64,000 nucleotides of DNA from Phoronis australis (GCA_002633005.1 NMRA01000246.1:7311-71310); one strand, 5' to 3'. Positions 1 to 12,897 are shown, counted from the first letter of the stretch. Numbers and translations are program-made. The notes: generated by a model not told the origin, from the letters alone.

Positions 1-1175
1 GTAAGCTCTATGTATGATCCCTTAGGTATGGCTTCTCCATTCATTTTGCCGGGTAAACTGATTTTGCAGAAATTGTACGTAATGAAACTCGGATGGGATG
101 AATTGATACCTGACGATATGTTGTTGCAGTGGAGAGCATGGTTAGACGGTTTTTCTAGGTTGAGTGTTATTGATATTCCTCGCTGCTTTAAACCTGTTGG
201 ATTTGGTGAGAGTTACTCTGTTCAATTACATTGCTTCTCAGATGCTTCGGAAGTAGGGTATGGCGTTGTGACTTACTTACGGTTGTTGAACGATTGTGGT
301 AGTGTTTTCTGTTCTATCGTCTTAGGAAAGTCGCGTGTTGCTCCTTCCAAAGGTTTGACTATCCCCAGGTTAGAATTATCTGCTGCGGCTTTAGCTGTGA
401 AGATCTCTCGTTTTGTTAGAGATGAGATACAGTTTGAGATTGACGACATTGTATTTTGGACTGATTCTACCATTGTGTTACAGTATATCAGAAATACGAA
501 GTCTAGGTTTAAGGTTTTTGTTGATAACCGTTTATCATTGATTCATGAGCATACTGAGGTTTCTCAGTGGAGACATGTTGGCAGTAGTTTGAATCCTGCA
601 GACTACGCATCTCGTGGGTTGAAACTGTTTGAACAGGAAAAGATTCAGCAGTGGTTGAGAGGACCAGACTTTTTGTGGCTTGATCCTAGTTGCTGGCCAC
701 TTACTCCAAGTGAGCTGAGTGATATTCCAGAGAATGATCCAGAACTTAGGAAAGAGGTTAAAGTGTTTTCTACTGGTGTTGATTGTGCTGTTGATCATCC
801 TCTAGATCGATTGTTTAAGCGTTATTCATCGTGGTACAAGCTGTTGAAAAGTGTTGCTTGGTTATTGCGTTTTAAGATGTATCTCCGCTGTACTGGTACG
901 AAGAACAGTGTTTGTCCTTCTGGCTACCTTAAGGTTGCTGAAATCCGGAGGGCTTCTGAGATTATTGTTAAGCATGTGCAATCACAGGTATTTTCTCAAG
1001 AGTTGTCTCAGTTGTTGGAGATTGAATCTGTTGATGTTCAGCAACGACAGGTTTATCGATTGAACAAGCTTATTGGTAGATCTAGTTCCCTGCGTAAACT
1101 GAATCCTATGTTGGTAGAAGGTATATTACGTGTGGGTGGTCGTATTGAAAATGCTGATGTGTGTTTTGATGCTAG
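1..1175 (+). mobile_element. BEL/Pao LTR retrotransposon pol fragment (end of RT, RNase H region, approach to integrase), truncated at about 1175
   Basis: ORF 10..1305 has typical BEL/Pao motifs: YDPLG..SP, LGWDE, LHCFSDASE.GYG, KSRVAP...TIPRLEL.AA, FWTDSTIVL, WRHV....NPADYASRG, WL.GP.FL, L.P.L..GILRVGGR. Similarity ends near 1175, where a different repeat begins. Confidence 0.93.
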
Positions 1176-1204
1176 ATATCCAAGCACTCGCACATATATT
1201 AAAT

Positions 1205-2897
1205 TACTCTTTATGCATTCGCATTTATATGTGGGTGCATACTTGTCTCATATCAGCATGGATGTCCGGCGTCTGCTGCTAAGCCTCTTGCAGGGTATTA
1301 GTTAAATTGGGCCGATGTATACATATGAAGGTTTAGGAAGTTGGCTACAAATGGCGACGACTTCTTGATTCTTAACAGTTTTGAGTACATTTTTGGCTTC
1401 CACCTCTATCCGCCAAAGTACTTGGAGGATCATTGTAAAAATTGGCAGTTGTGTTTCTGACGAGAAGGCCGGATCTGACGTTGAAATTCGGACAGGTTCC
1501 ACTACTTTGGTACACCTTATTGGTATTTCTTTCCATCTAGGGGTGTGTCTCCTTAATCTTGTTTGAATCTTTGTAAAATTTGACAGACATGTTTCTACAG
1601 AGCTGACAACAAATGTGATGCCTTTCATACCCATTCAACAGTGCCCCCTAGTGGCATTTTAGTTGTTTATGTTTGGTTCTGTATTTCTGATTTACTTGTC
1701 ATTTTACAAAATTAATTTTATAATTTTCACTTCATCTCCCTATAGCTTTTGGATGGCTCCGTTTTTTGACACTAATAAACATCCCTGGAAGCACAATGTT
1801 TCCAGTGCTCGTGGGTGCAACGTCCCATGATGTTAATACACCCACATGTTTCAATTTGACTTGAGACATTACCTAAGTACCTCCTCCACCTCTCTGTCAA
1901 GTGCCATGTGGTGGACTATTACGTTTTTGGGAAATTTGAGCGTGCATTTCTTTATTTTAAATTGAATTGCAAAATTGTTTTTAAAAATCAATTTTGTTGG
2001 ATTTTATTTAATTTTTTTCGAATTTGTTCTCAACAATGTTTCCATTTTGGACCGCTTTGACTTTTTCTGCATGCTATTTTACCACAATGATGAGTCACAT
2101 ATGCCAATCGGATCAGCTTTTTGAAGTTTGGTTGTGAAATACTGATAGTGGTAAATGGTAACTTTCTAGTATTCAATATGTTATGCGCCACCTAGTGGCC
2201 TTTCTGTTATTTTCATTTTGTTTTATTTTTCTATTCTTTTGACATGATCATCTTGATGACAAGAGCTTGACATGGCATTGATTTTCTGATGAGTTAGAGC
2301 ACTGGAGTGATGTCACTGGAGTTGCATCTTCGCGACTGAATCTCCCATTGCCCTTGTAGTACCTTCATGAGATATGAACTCAACAGAAAGATGGTCATCT
2401 GCTGTGCCATCTTGTTCCTATACTTTTTTCATCTATGTCTCTTTTGTCTTAATAGTTTCTGAAAAGTCAATTTTGTAGGAGTCAGATTAGTTCATTGATA
2501 GCTTTTATTTGAATTTGTAAATTGATTACAACCATTTAGGAGCCATGACAACTTTCCAGTTTTGGACGGATTTGATTTAGTCTCTGTCTAGTGGGCTTCA
2601 TTTCGCCACGCTGATTCACATTTACTAAGGGTATCAGCTTTTTCTATTATGGTTGTGCATTCTTATGTTTTTATGACATCAATACCAGTCCTTTCTTTTT
2701 TTGAATGAGTTCTATTTATTCTGCTGTGGTCACTAGTAGAAGCATAGTACCGTTTGCGTTGATAATCGTATGCACATTTCATTGTTTCACATTGTTAAGA
2801 ATATTGAATGCTTTTAGACACGTTTAATGTACGTACTGTATTTATCGTCAAATATTTTTTTTAATTAGTACATGGTGCTTCGATGCTGACATTGTTC
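1205..2897 (+). mobile_element. Non-autonomous Helentron/HINE-like repeat with diverged internal repeats
   Basis: Begins with a T-rich stretch and a hairpin (ttatgcattcgcatt...atgtgggtgcata). A similar start recurs at 2944. Internal units end in 'CCNCCTAGTGGC'. Related segments ('actaataaaca', 'tcta(g/a)tggc') occur at about 14.1-14.7 kb and 61.75-62.0 kb. The family assignment is inferred from structure. Confidence 0.4.
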
Positions 2898-2943
2898 TAT
2901 GGAATGAATTGAGACCATTGTTTTATATATGTACCACATTTAA

Positions 2944-3400
2944 CTTTTATGCACCCACATATTTATCTGTGGGTGCATATTGTCGTCATCTATCTGGGCA
3001 TCGGGTGTTTACACCTGTATCACCAAACCCCTCACAGGATCTTGATGAGATCAGATCTGGCAGATGTGTTCCTGTGAAACTGCCGACGGATGACTGCGAA
3101 TTTCGCACCTCTCCAACTACCAGTTTGCCTCCTAGTGGCAATTTTATTTTTTTACGCTTACCTGAGTGTGCATCTTCGGAGGTCCTCAACGTATTATCAT
3201 AAAATTTGACAGAGACATTTATTATTGAGAAAACGTTATCCTTTCGTTTTCGGATGGATTCAAGGTACTTTGCATTACCTGGTGGCCATGTTTACTGTAT
3301 TTGAGTTTGGTTTATTTGAAAAAACGCAGGCAAGTTCTCAAGAACTATTTCTTTTGGCTCTACTGCTGCTGAGGATGTCGACCAGATTTTGAAAATGTTT
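2944..3400 (+). mobile_element. Second copy of the HINE-like repeat
   Basis: 5' hairpin atgcacccaca-tatttatc-tgtgggtgcat after a T-run. Shares 'aaaatttgacaga' and 'cctagtggca' with 1205-1660. Confidence 0.4.
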
Positions 3401-3691
3401 CAACATTGCAACACTGTACAACTCTGGTCATCAAGAGTCAAATTTGGAATTTTGAAAACCGGCTGATAGAAAAAAATCAAACTAATTCTCATATGCGTTT
3501 CGACAAAAGAGATACTGTAGAATTATAAAAAAAAATTATTTGTTCTTTTACAGTTACAGATGAATAATAGACAAGTCCAAAGTATTAAGAGCTGCAAATC
3601 ATTGATAAAAATTTAAAGTAAAACGTTGATAAGTGTTGAACAAATTTTTTACAAAACAGTTGTCAGAATTCTTTCCCTTGAATTTGATTCT

Positions 3692-3925
3692 TTACTGAAG
3701 GCGCTGTAGACTGGACAACCCTTGAACTATGGCACTCTTCAATGACTTGTAGACACGCTCGTTACCAGCTCGGCTGAGGTGCACACGATCCCGGTGTACC
3801 AGCTTCATATTGTTCTTAAATCTTTGGTGCTCCCAAAACTGGACGTATCGAAGACTTTGTACAGTAGTCTTGAGATGGCAGTTAAGGTCATCCGCTTTGT
3901 CCTTGAAATCCGGTGATGTGTACCT
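3692..3925 (-). mobile_element. C-terminal part of an SGNH/GDSL hydrolase-like ORF of the kind carried by DIRS/Ngaro or CR1/L2-type retroelements; 5' part lost in the N gap
   Basis: Open minus frame RYTSPDFKDKADDLNCHLKTTVQSLRYVQFWEHQRFKNNMKLVHRDRVHLSRAGNERVYKSLKSAI...*. It matches the SGNH block V pattern FWxH...DGVHLxxxG...Y. This frame is not in the ORF track. Confidence 0.55.
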
Positions 3926-4709
3926 NNNNNNNNNNNNNNNNNNNNNNNNNNNNNNNNNNNNNNNNNNNNNNNNNNNNNNNNNNNNNNNNNNNNNNNNNNN
4001 NNNNNNNNNNNNNNNNNNNNNNNNNNNNNNNNNNNNNNNNNNNNNNNNNNNNNNNNNNNNNNNNNNNNNNNNNNNNNNNNNNNNNNNNNNNNNNNNNNNN
4101 NNNNNNNNNNNNNNNNNNNNNNNNNNNNNNNNNNNNNNNNNNNNNNNNNNNNNNNNNNNNNNNNNNTCAATTTAGCTCAACCTTTTCATTGGGCCAAACT
4201 CCTCGATTCGTGTGTTGAACTGTGCCAGCAAGCGGGCCGATCAACAACTTGTCAAGTTAATTCCGACACGTTTCGTACCAATAATCCGTCTTGAATGGCT
4301 CGCATACGCGATTTAGTTTGCATTAAACACAACAAATTAACTTCAAACTAAAAAATTTGCTTGACGTACGTGAAATAAAAACGAAAGTTCACCTTCGTTA
4401 CTATGCTTAGCCATGAGACCGGAAGTTTTGAATCCTGCACACGTACTTTTGCGTTAGGCGGCGAGACTTCACGGAGTCGCGAATCTTTTTACTAATATCT
4501 ATGGTGCCATGTCCTTTCCCAGCCACAGCACTATTATAGCGTGATTGCAAAGCAATTTTATTCGGTCGTTAGGCCTAGTAACTGATCGCTGTACTTTAAC
4601 GAAATTGTTTTCAGCCAATTATGCTAGTCTTGTTCACCAACTTATCCATGGATAGTAGAAGATTCTGAACATTCTGTTAAAACATGGAATATTACATCTA
4701 CTTTTGCAG

Positions 4710-5314
4710 ATGTTGCTTATACGGGATTTCTGTTGGTGAGACCAAAAACCGCCCCAAAAAGTTTCGTTGTTTATTGTGACAGGGGTTGGACGATTATTCA
4801 GCGCAGGTTTGATGGAAGTTTGGATTTCCATAAAACATGGACGGAATACAAAGTTGGATTTGGAGAACTGGACGGTGAAATGTGGCTCGGCAATGACAAC
4901 ATTCACTACATCACCCAGCAAGGACAGTACAAGATACAGTACACTATCACGCTATGGGATGGCTCAGACATAACACTTGATCACAACTTCTTTGCAATTG
5001 CCAGTGAGACATATAAGTATAGGATCACTGTATCAACTCCATTGCAGACGTCTGAAAATTTTGACGGATTGGAGGACTTCAACGGTAATAAATTCAGCAC
5101 CTTCGACTCGGACAGTGATAAATGCAGCTGCAATTGCGCTCTTCAGAATAGCGGTGGGTGGTGGTACAAGAGCTGTTGTAAGCTCTGCCCCAATAACCTC
5201 TACCCCTACGGTCAAAATTGTTCGAGAAGTTTCAACAGGTGTATGAAGATTCAATATAAAAACTCAACAAAATTCTTGTTGAAGTGCACCACCTTCAAAA
5301 TAAAGAGGGCTTGA
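4710..5314 (+). CDS. Terminal exon of a fibrinogen C-terminal domain (FReD; angiopoietin/ficolin/tenascin-like) protein
   Basis: Acceptor cttttgcag| at 4709. Protein motifs VYCD.GWTIIQRRFDGSLDFHKTW.EYK.GFG...GEMWLGND.IH, FSTFD.D.D, CA....GGWWY..C. Stop at 5312-5314, with AATAAA signals downstream (~5968, ~6130). Upstream exons not identified. Confidence 0.92.
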
Positions 5315-8300
5315 TCATCCCTGCGGCTTCAGAGGAAGATATATAAGGACGCATTACCAATTGAATGAGGCTTTTCTTTATCTTTTTAATGTTCACATAG
5401 AAAATATAATACGCGTTATATGGGCGTCAAATTATTACAAGCACACACCCGTATGTTTTAGTGTAATGGGAGGAATGTGTTTTTAACGGCAAAAGAGGAT
5501 GTCGCAGCAGTGGCCTTCTTCTTTGAAGCGTTTCAGACTGCATGGTAGAGCCAGTAGTTAATAATGAAGAAACTGCGTCCCAAGGCTCATGTTTAAAGAT
5601 AATGTATTACAGTATAGTAAATAGAACCCAAGGGTAGTGTGTGCATCAGATCGAGAACTATGACATATTCACGAATCCCTTCAAACTGAGGACATACCAC
5701 AGCTGGTGTTTAAAGAATATCAGTACAGAATCGAGTATTGTACATGTATTTGTTTGTTTTAAACAGAGGACATGAATTTTGATTAATGTTTTGAATCTCT
5801 TATGGACTTTCTTACCCGTTTTAATGGATTGTTTTAATTATCGTCTTTCTATATTGTACACGTTGCTGATTTGAGGTAATTTTAAGAAACATACTAGCCA
5901 GCTTCTAGGAATTACCCAATTATTTCCTGGACAGCAATGGTGACTGACTCCATGTTAGCTTTGAAAAAATAAAGCAAATATTTTGCATTCAAGGGAATAC
6001 TTGAGTAATTCAACATTTGTCGAGATAATAAGTCTATTAGTTGGATATGTTTATGGTAACTAGAGACTGTTTTTGTGGAAAAACATTGAATAATTAAAGT
6101 ACAAGCATTTTAATCATCCAAAATATAAAAATAAAACAACAATAATGAATCAACTGATATAATCACACCCTTGTTCAACAAAAAGAGAAATAATGACACA
6201 TACGTTCAATGTTATTGACACAAGGAAATTATCAAGTTCTCAAGTGGAGAATAAATTAGCTTTATTCCTCTCCGAGAGCAACATAAAATTCCAAATCTAA
6301 TATCAGAAAATGTCAGCAAATATGTCGCGTTAAGTAGTCACTAGATTTCTTGATACAGTAACCCCTGTTTCATTATTCGTTATGGCGTCTTTTCTAACCT
6401 ATTGTGCATTTCGTGAGGTTTCATTGTCACGCGTGGTCAAATAAATGTTTCAAAAATCCAAATGGAAGAACGGTGGGTTTCTGCAGTAATGTGACATTAA
6501 GTTTGTAAAAATATTACTGTTTGAATGCGATTGATGGATTTTTTAACAATGCAAGAACTGGACAGCAAAAAGAGGAACATTCGGACAGAAAATGAGAGTG
6601 AGTGATGCTTTCTTTTTGCTGATACCATAGTTTATTGCATTTGATGCGAGAGTCCCAAAGTACAATAACAAACATTTATACAAGCAACATTAAGTACTAC
6701 ACATCGAGTAAAACCATTTTCTCTTCGCAATGTGGCTAAATAAAACAACCCAACAATGTTAACATCATGAGTCATCATAATCTTTTTGAAGTATAGGGGT
6801 CATGCCTACTTTTAAAGAAACTAGACTACTTTAGTGAGACCTCTCTACAGCCACAACACCTAATCAGGAAACTGGCCTAGATGGATCCGGAACTCTAGTG
6901 ACTCTTATAAGGGAAGGCAATTTTTATTAAGAAGCTGAAATTAACATGAATGCTACATCAAGATCTTGAAGCAAAGAAACATATTTGACAATTTTTGAAT
7001 AGTAAAAAGGTGCATAAACGACCATGTAGATACCCACATTGGTGTTAATGAAACTGTGAACACCTGTCAGACTAAACCAATGTTATGAATATTTCAAGAC
7101 TCTGTCCTCGCATACAGTATTCCCTAACTGCACCAACTGACCAAATGTTTTGGGAGAAAGATGAATACGTGGCACTATTTAAAACCTAACTGGCATTTCT
7201 GAAATGCAACCCCAGAGAACACCTAAAAGGAATAACATTCCAGATACTGCATGAAACTGTAACTTCAAATTACCTTCTATCTGTCAAAAATGATCTAAGG
7301 TTTTTGATAACACGGAATACCTAAATGAGTAAAAGTTACTTAGAATAATTACCTCACAATATTGGCCTTAATTTCCGAAAAACTTTGTTTTGCTTTTCCT
7401 AACTTAACACAGCTTTTAATCCTATTCCAGGGAGAGAGGCAAAATTCCGTCACCGCGTTTTGCCCAAAACTTTAAGACGGGCTTTTTGATAGATTCTGAA
7501 AATCCCTGAAATGTTGGCGGATGTACTTTCCCTTTTATTATGAAAAACTAATGACTGGGAATCGAACACAAGCTAATTTATTTCACTTCATAGCCTTAAA
7601 CGGCATTCGGTTATTACAAGTAAAAACTTTTGAACGGCTTCCTTGCTCTACACTAAAATGCAGTGGACAAAAACGTGATTTTTGTCTAAGAAAAAAATTA
7701 TTTTTTAGAAAACACCAAAGTTTAGAAAGAGAACAATAGCATTCGTGTGAAAATTTGACTCTGCCCTTTCTTTAATCATGTCTTAATTTTTGTAAAACTT
7801 ACCTCTCTCCCACAATTTTGACTATACTCTGTCGCTGCTAGTTTTCGAAACTGCCGATGGGGCGTGGCGATTAAATGTCATGTAATGCTAAATTTGGCAT
7901 ATTCTTGGATACCTTTGTGCTTTACAAAATGTTTTAATGGGTCAAAGTCACAGGACAAACTGATGGACAACTGATTGAGCGAACAGAGTTTGGTGTATAG
8001 GATAACAGCTCAAATCACTTTGGTTCGAGACTAGTTAACATCAGATGCTCGTTCGCAGGAAAATCCATCTCTAAGTGATCAACTCTTATGCGTCTTTACA
8101 AGAGGGAAATACAACAGACGTTTTATCAACAAGATGGCTTTTATTTACCACTAAGCCTATCTCCATTCACGAGAGCCATGTGCACGTACAAATAGCGCCA
8201 TCTATAATCTATGTCATACGTCGCTCTTTTCCTTTAACAAATACTAAAATGAACAGAGAGTGACACTGACTACCTAGTAACTATAAACGCGTAACACAAC

Positions 8301-8329
8301 TATTGTGAACTAATGCTTGTTTGGAAAGT

Positions 8330-8680
8330 AAAACGTTCACTATATCTAATTGGCTTACTTGCCACACAACCTAATCTATTTCTATAAGGAGAATCGGACT
8401 GGGCAATCTTACCATGTTGATTTTCAGGATGTTTTGTGCTTTCCTGATATGATCCTTCGTGACCACACGATTCATTTTCTGTTGGTGCTTCAGGTGCGGA
8501 GACTGACATCATTGGTTGACGGTCGAGTGTAGGCCTATGCGTGACCTTCTCAGTAGTCGGTGATTCCTGTTACTTCTGATCACGTGGCGTGTCGGCAGAT
8601 CTCTGATAAAGTACGATCGTTCTGCGACGGACTGTTTTATCACTACGGCTGGGTCCCACTTTCCCTTCTGAGAACTTTGC
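8330..8680 (-). mobile_element. Degenerate Ty3/Gypsy integrase C-terminal remnant
   Basis: Minus-strand peptides KGKWDPAVVIKQSVAERSYFIRDLPTRHVIRSNRNH (W.PA.V...RSY...RRNR.H pattern) and SKPIRY near the end. Confidence 0.6.
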
Positions 8681-9188
8681 ATTATATCGAGATTAGTATT
8701 TGAATACTTTTGCATATCGCGAATCGAGATATATAATAACGCCGTGGTACAAACACGTACGTCGTATAACCATAGATTATAAACAGATTCGCAACTCCGG
8801 CATATCCTTACGTGCTGAGTTGAACTCTCCTGACCTATCTGCTGCAGTTTCCGGTCAGTGTATTTTGACGAGAAATACTTGCATCTACTTTACTGTCCAT
8901 TACTGTCCAAAACAACGAAAAAATATTAATTTCGGCATTGAAACGCTTTTCAAAGTCTTTCAATAGTAGAAGTGTTGGTATTGTGAGTACATTTGGCAAT
9001 GCTGCTGGTAATTAATTACAAAATTCAAACTTCGGTGCCGACTGATTATGTCGTCTGCTTGCCCAATAGCAGCATAGTTATCGGACAGTTTTTGATTGAT
9101 GGTTCACATAGGCTTACTGAGAAAACTACGAAAGCGTGTTTATAAATCAACATTCTCAAGTGAGCAGTTCTTCTGGGAAGTGTTGAGT

Positions 9189-9245
9189 GGCCCTTAAAAG
9201 GGTCGTTGGTTGTAGCTATAGCGTGAAATGGTTCTTAAAAGAACC
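9189..9245 (-). promoter_or_regulatory. Two tandem histone-3'-type stem-loop sequences
   Basis: Minus strand: TTCAAC-GGTTCT-TTTA-AGAACC-ATTTC (9230-9245, perfect 6-bp stem and 4-nt loop) and CCAAC-GACCCT-TTTA-AGGGCC-ACTCA (9189-9204, one mismatch). Confidence 0.65.
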
Positions 9246-9409
9246 GTTGAATAATTCAACATAAATCACACAGTATACCATGCACACTCAAGTACTGAGG
9301 GTCCTCTTCATTCAAGTTTTCATCTGGGAAGGTTGGATGAAAGCAGAGAAGATGGCAATATCGATGACAGTTGTATCACCTTATATAAATGTTACCGTTC
9401 TCCAATGTT

Positions 9410-9563
9410 ATCACGAACCCTGCCTTTTTCAGTTCTTGTTCCTGGATTCAGAAGTAGCCCTGAACCATAGGGAAAAGACATGGCTAATCACGAACCCTGC
9501 CTTTTTCAGTTCTTGTTCCTGGATTCAGAAGTAGCCCTGAACCATAGGGAAAAGACATGGCTA
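9410..9563. repeat. Exact tandem duplication, period 77 bp
   Basis: atcacgaaccctgcc...gaaaagacatggcta occurs twice head to tail. Confidence 0.95.
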
Positions 9564-12394
9564 CGAAAACGAATCAAATTTTGAAAATCATCGCCTTCGT
9601 GTGATTACGTGTTGCTGTCGCCAGACTGTTGTTCCTCCCCAACATCAATGTCGAAAATCGACGTTACAAGTGATGGAAACTTGTGTCCTTTGTTTCTAAC
9701 TTTTTACCCATTTTTTAAGAAAGGAGTGTACTGATTTTGTCTAACGTTGATAGACCATAACTTTTGGTTTTTACAATGCATTAATTGTGTTGAATGCATT
9801 CATATTAGGTGGCTTCATTGAGTTGAACAGAAAATAAACTAAATGTAACACAATAAAATTTTGAAAATAAATAGAACAGTAAAACAGGACTCCCTAAAAA
9901 TCGAGCTGTTTTCGAAAACTTTGCGCCATTGGTTATCCGCCAGTGATTGGTTCATGCATTTACGGCGGGAAAATAATAGACCAAGTATCGTGCACGTGTG
10001 CACTGTAGCAACACTTTGTATCATATTGTTATTTGGCCAATCTGTTGATACAGCAAATTTCCTTATTTATGCCCATCCTGATTTGACTGCAACTTGAGCT
10101 TGTTGGGTTCTATCATATATTTGGTTGGCACTGGGACCCACATGATGCTTACTCGAATGGGCTTCATTTTACCAAGTATTTCAAATTGAGGTGAAGTAAA
10201 TAAACAAAGTGGGTAATTATCATCACCAGAATTTCATCATTAGTAACTTTTGCCGGGTGCTCAAATTTTCTGATATTAGGGATTGTCAGATTTGTAAGGT
10301 AGAAGTGTTTCCCTGGATTTCCAGGTCTGTGGCGTTACTTATACCGGACCAAAATTAAAAAAACAAACCTTTGTTTAAATCAGGAGCTGCATGATACTCA
10401 TTTATTAGACGTGCGCAGGCATTGCACTGATCACTTGGAACCATTTTTATGGTTTATTAATATATAGTTAAACCAAGCTGAGGAGCTTGAAACCTGATTC
10501 ACGGCAATTTTTGGCAGTGGTATTTTCTGAAAAATGCTCGTAAGTTGACAACAAAGTTTGATAGCAATGCACTGCAGTTTTGTAGAAACTCTGTTCATAG
10601 GTTACGGATGCGTCACAGAGCGTAACTTTGATGAATTCTAGCTTACGATTTCACCTGTTTCGGAGACAGGGTTTCAACCACTTTTGGGCTATAATAAGCG
10701 CCCTCTTCCTGAAGCGGATTTTTCTAAGCACCCTGGCCGCTTATTAGGGCGCATACGGTAATATTTCAGAAGGGAAATACTTAGTATCCATTATGCACCG
10801 GAATCTTTTGTTACATCAGGAGTGTGATTGGCTCATTATGTACCCTACAGGTGGCATAGGACTTTACAAAACTGGTTGAAGAACTTTTTTTTCGTTATAA
10901 ACGTTCGTTTGAAAGGCTTAAGTTTAGAAATGTTAGGACTTAAGGCGGAAATTTAAAAAACCATATGTACGCTTACAAAAAAATTAACATTGAAGAATAA
11001 AAACAACCTTTACACCCCGCTGGTGTTGCTGTTCCATGTTATCAAAGAAGTTGGTTGCATTTTCATAGACGGCAGTCGAGAGATTTTGTGCGGCATACAT
11101 GTATATTCGACATGAAATTAGTGTGTAACCTGCTGTTGAATTGCGAGATAGATTTTGACTCGTTCGGGTGCTTATTTATGAAGTATTAAAGTAATCTTTA
11201 TTTATGTTAAAGGTTTTACCAGCGTTCTATTTATTGTACACGAATGTGAATGTGTTGAAATCGCTGATCCAAATCCTAGTCAAAAGTGCGCATTCTGCTG
11301 AAACCAACCGTCTGATCAGGGCCAGCGAAGAGTAATTTGGTTAATTCGCACACTAGGCTATGGCTGAACTTCCTTGTAAGGACAGGAGTTTACGAGTCAC
11401 TACCTTTGGAAGAAATTTAGCGGATAATTTCGTCAAAAAGTTTACCGGATAGTTTTTATCAAAACGGAGAAAACAAAAATGGATTTGTGAAGACAGGATT
11501 AAGACTAAGTATAGTAGAGTCTCTTAAAAACATTCATCTTCGAAGTGCCTTGTCTTATTGCTGAAACAACTGCCATTCACGTTGACACAAGAAGTAAGGT
11601 TTTCTTCCCACAGCCGATTGTGGGGTCTTCAGATGGTATGGAGGATAATTCCTTAGCATTTCGCGGGTGTGGCCGAAAAACCGGCCACACAGTAGCAGAC
11701 GACGTACTTGCCGGAAATTGCACCAGATAATTTAGCCAGATGTCGCCAGTGAATAATGACGTAAGGGCTTGTGCGTAAGGTCACAGATTTCGTCCATTGA
11801 AAGTATACGGAGTTGGCGGTCCATGTACTATAGTCTATGGTATAACCTATATATTTTATAGAGATCAATAAAAGTATACATGCAAGTCATGAAATCAAAA
11901 ACAACAGAGTCCGCTTTTTATAACTACCGTAAGTAAAGAGGTTAGCTTCAGGTAGCAATACGATAGGTATAACAAAACCATCAGTCATGGAGGATGAAAT
12001 TGTCATTACTAATTATGTCCTATTACCTCACCTAAGAGCTTTACTAAAGCAGCACTGTATGGTGCTCAGCAGATGGGGGTGTTTCACTGGGCTCATTCGT
12101 GGCGTAGCTGTGATCTATTGGCTGGAAAAGTAACCCTTACATTATAACAAATACAACATGCAGGAAAAATATGTGGCATCAGCAGTATTGTCTATGCAGC
12201 GTCATTCACTCTTTCCCATTAATGCAGCTAAGTAACCACCCATCGGAGTAAAGTTGCTTTGGAATAACGCCTGATTGATATATTTTTCAAGTAATGACCC
12301 TTCGGACTATACATGTAGGTCCTTCGAAGTACACTGAAGGCCCATCACAGTAAAGACCTAAGCCCATACTAGTCTACTGGTCTTAATTAACATC

Positions 12395-12897
12395 ACAGCA
12401 TTTCCCCTTAGAAGGTCCTCACATTTGCTGTTTATCACCTATTCCTTGGATCTGAATGTATAAACACTGAAGTGAATTGAAGAAATGAAAGAAATTACAG
12501 TTTAGATCCAATCACAGAATAGAAACACAAGTTATCAGTAGGCCCTAAGTCATGAAGCACATGCAGGACAATTTCGGTTATAGTTTGATAGCTGGGTCAA
12601 TCACTCAAAATTCATTTGAGAACCAGTTACTACCTCTGAATAACCGGCGTAATTCATTGGGAAAAACTGGCTCTAAAATCAAGTACCCATCATCCCGGCC
12701 ACGTATCTGATTACAAATCACTCTGCCAACATAATTACCTGACTGGCAGCATTTTCACAAAAAGGATTCTTTGTATCACTCGTATATCTCACCTGTCTTG
12801 ATCATTGGGGAGAAGTGCAAGTCCCGAGTTTTCAACTGACTGTTGCTGCAGCGCAAAAAGCTCCCCTGATACTCTTTTTAGGAACCGCAGCCACCAT
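12395..12897 (-). pseudogene. Decayed, intron-containing THAP zinc-finger N-terminus (THAP12/PRKRIR-like hAT or P-type transposase remnant)
   Basis: ATG at 12897: MVAAVPKKSIRGAFCAA, then frameshift CSNSQLKTRDLHF, then frameshift PNDQDR|GTGAG (donor after 12793). Acceptor at 12451 gives SKE*VINSKCEDLL, comparable with THAP 'RCxxWVxNCRRxDL'. Confidence 0.55.

Noticed and set aside
6900-7100. Possible RNase H remnant (HVDTHIGVNETV)
   Set aside because: A single short motif among many stops; not enough support.
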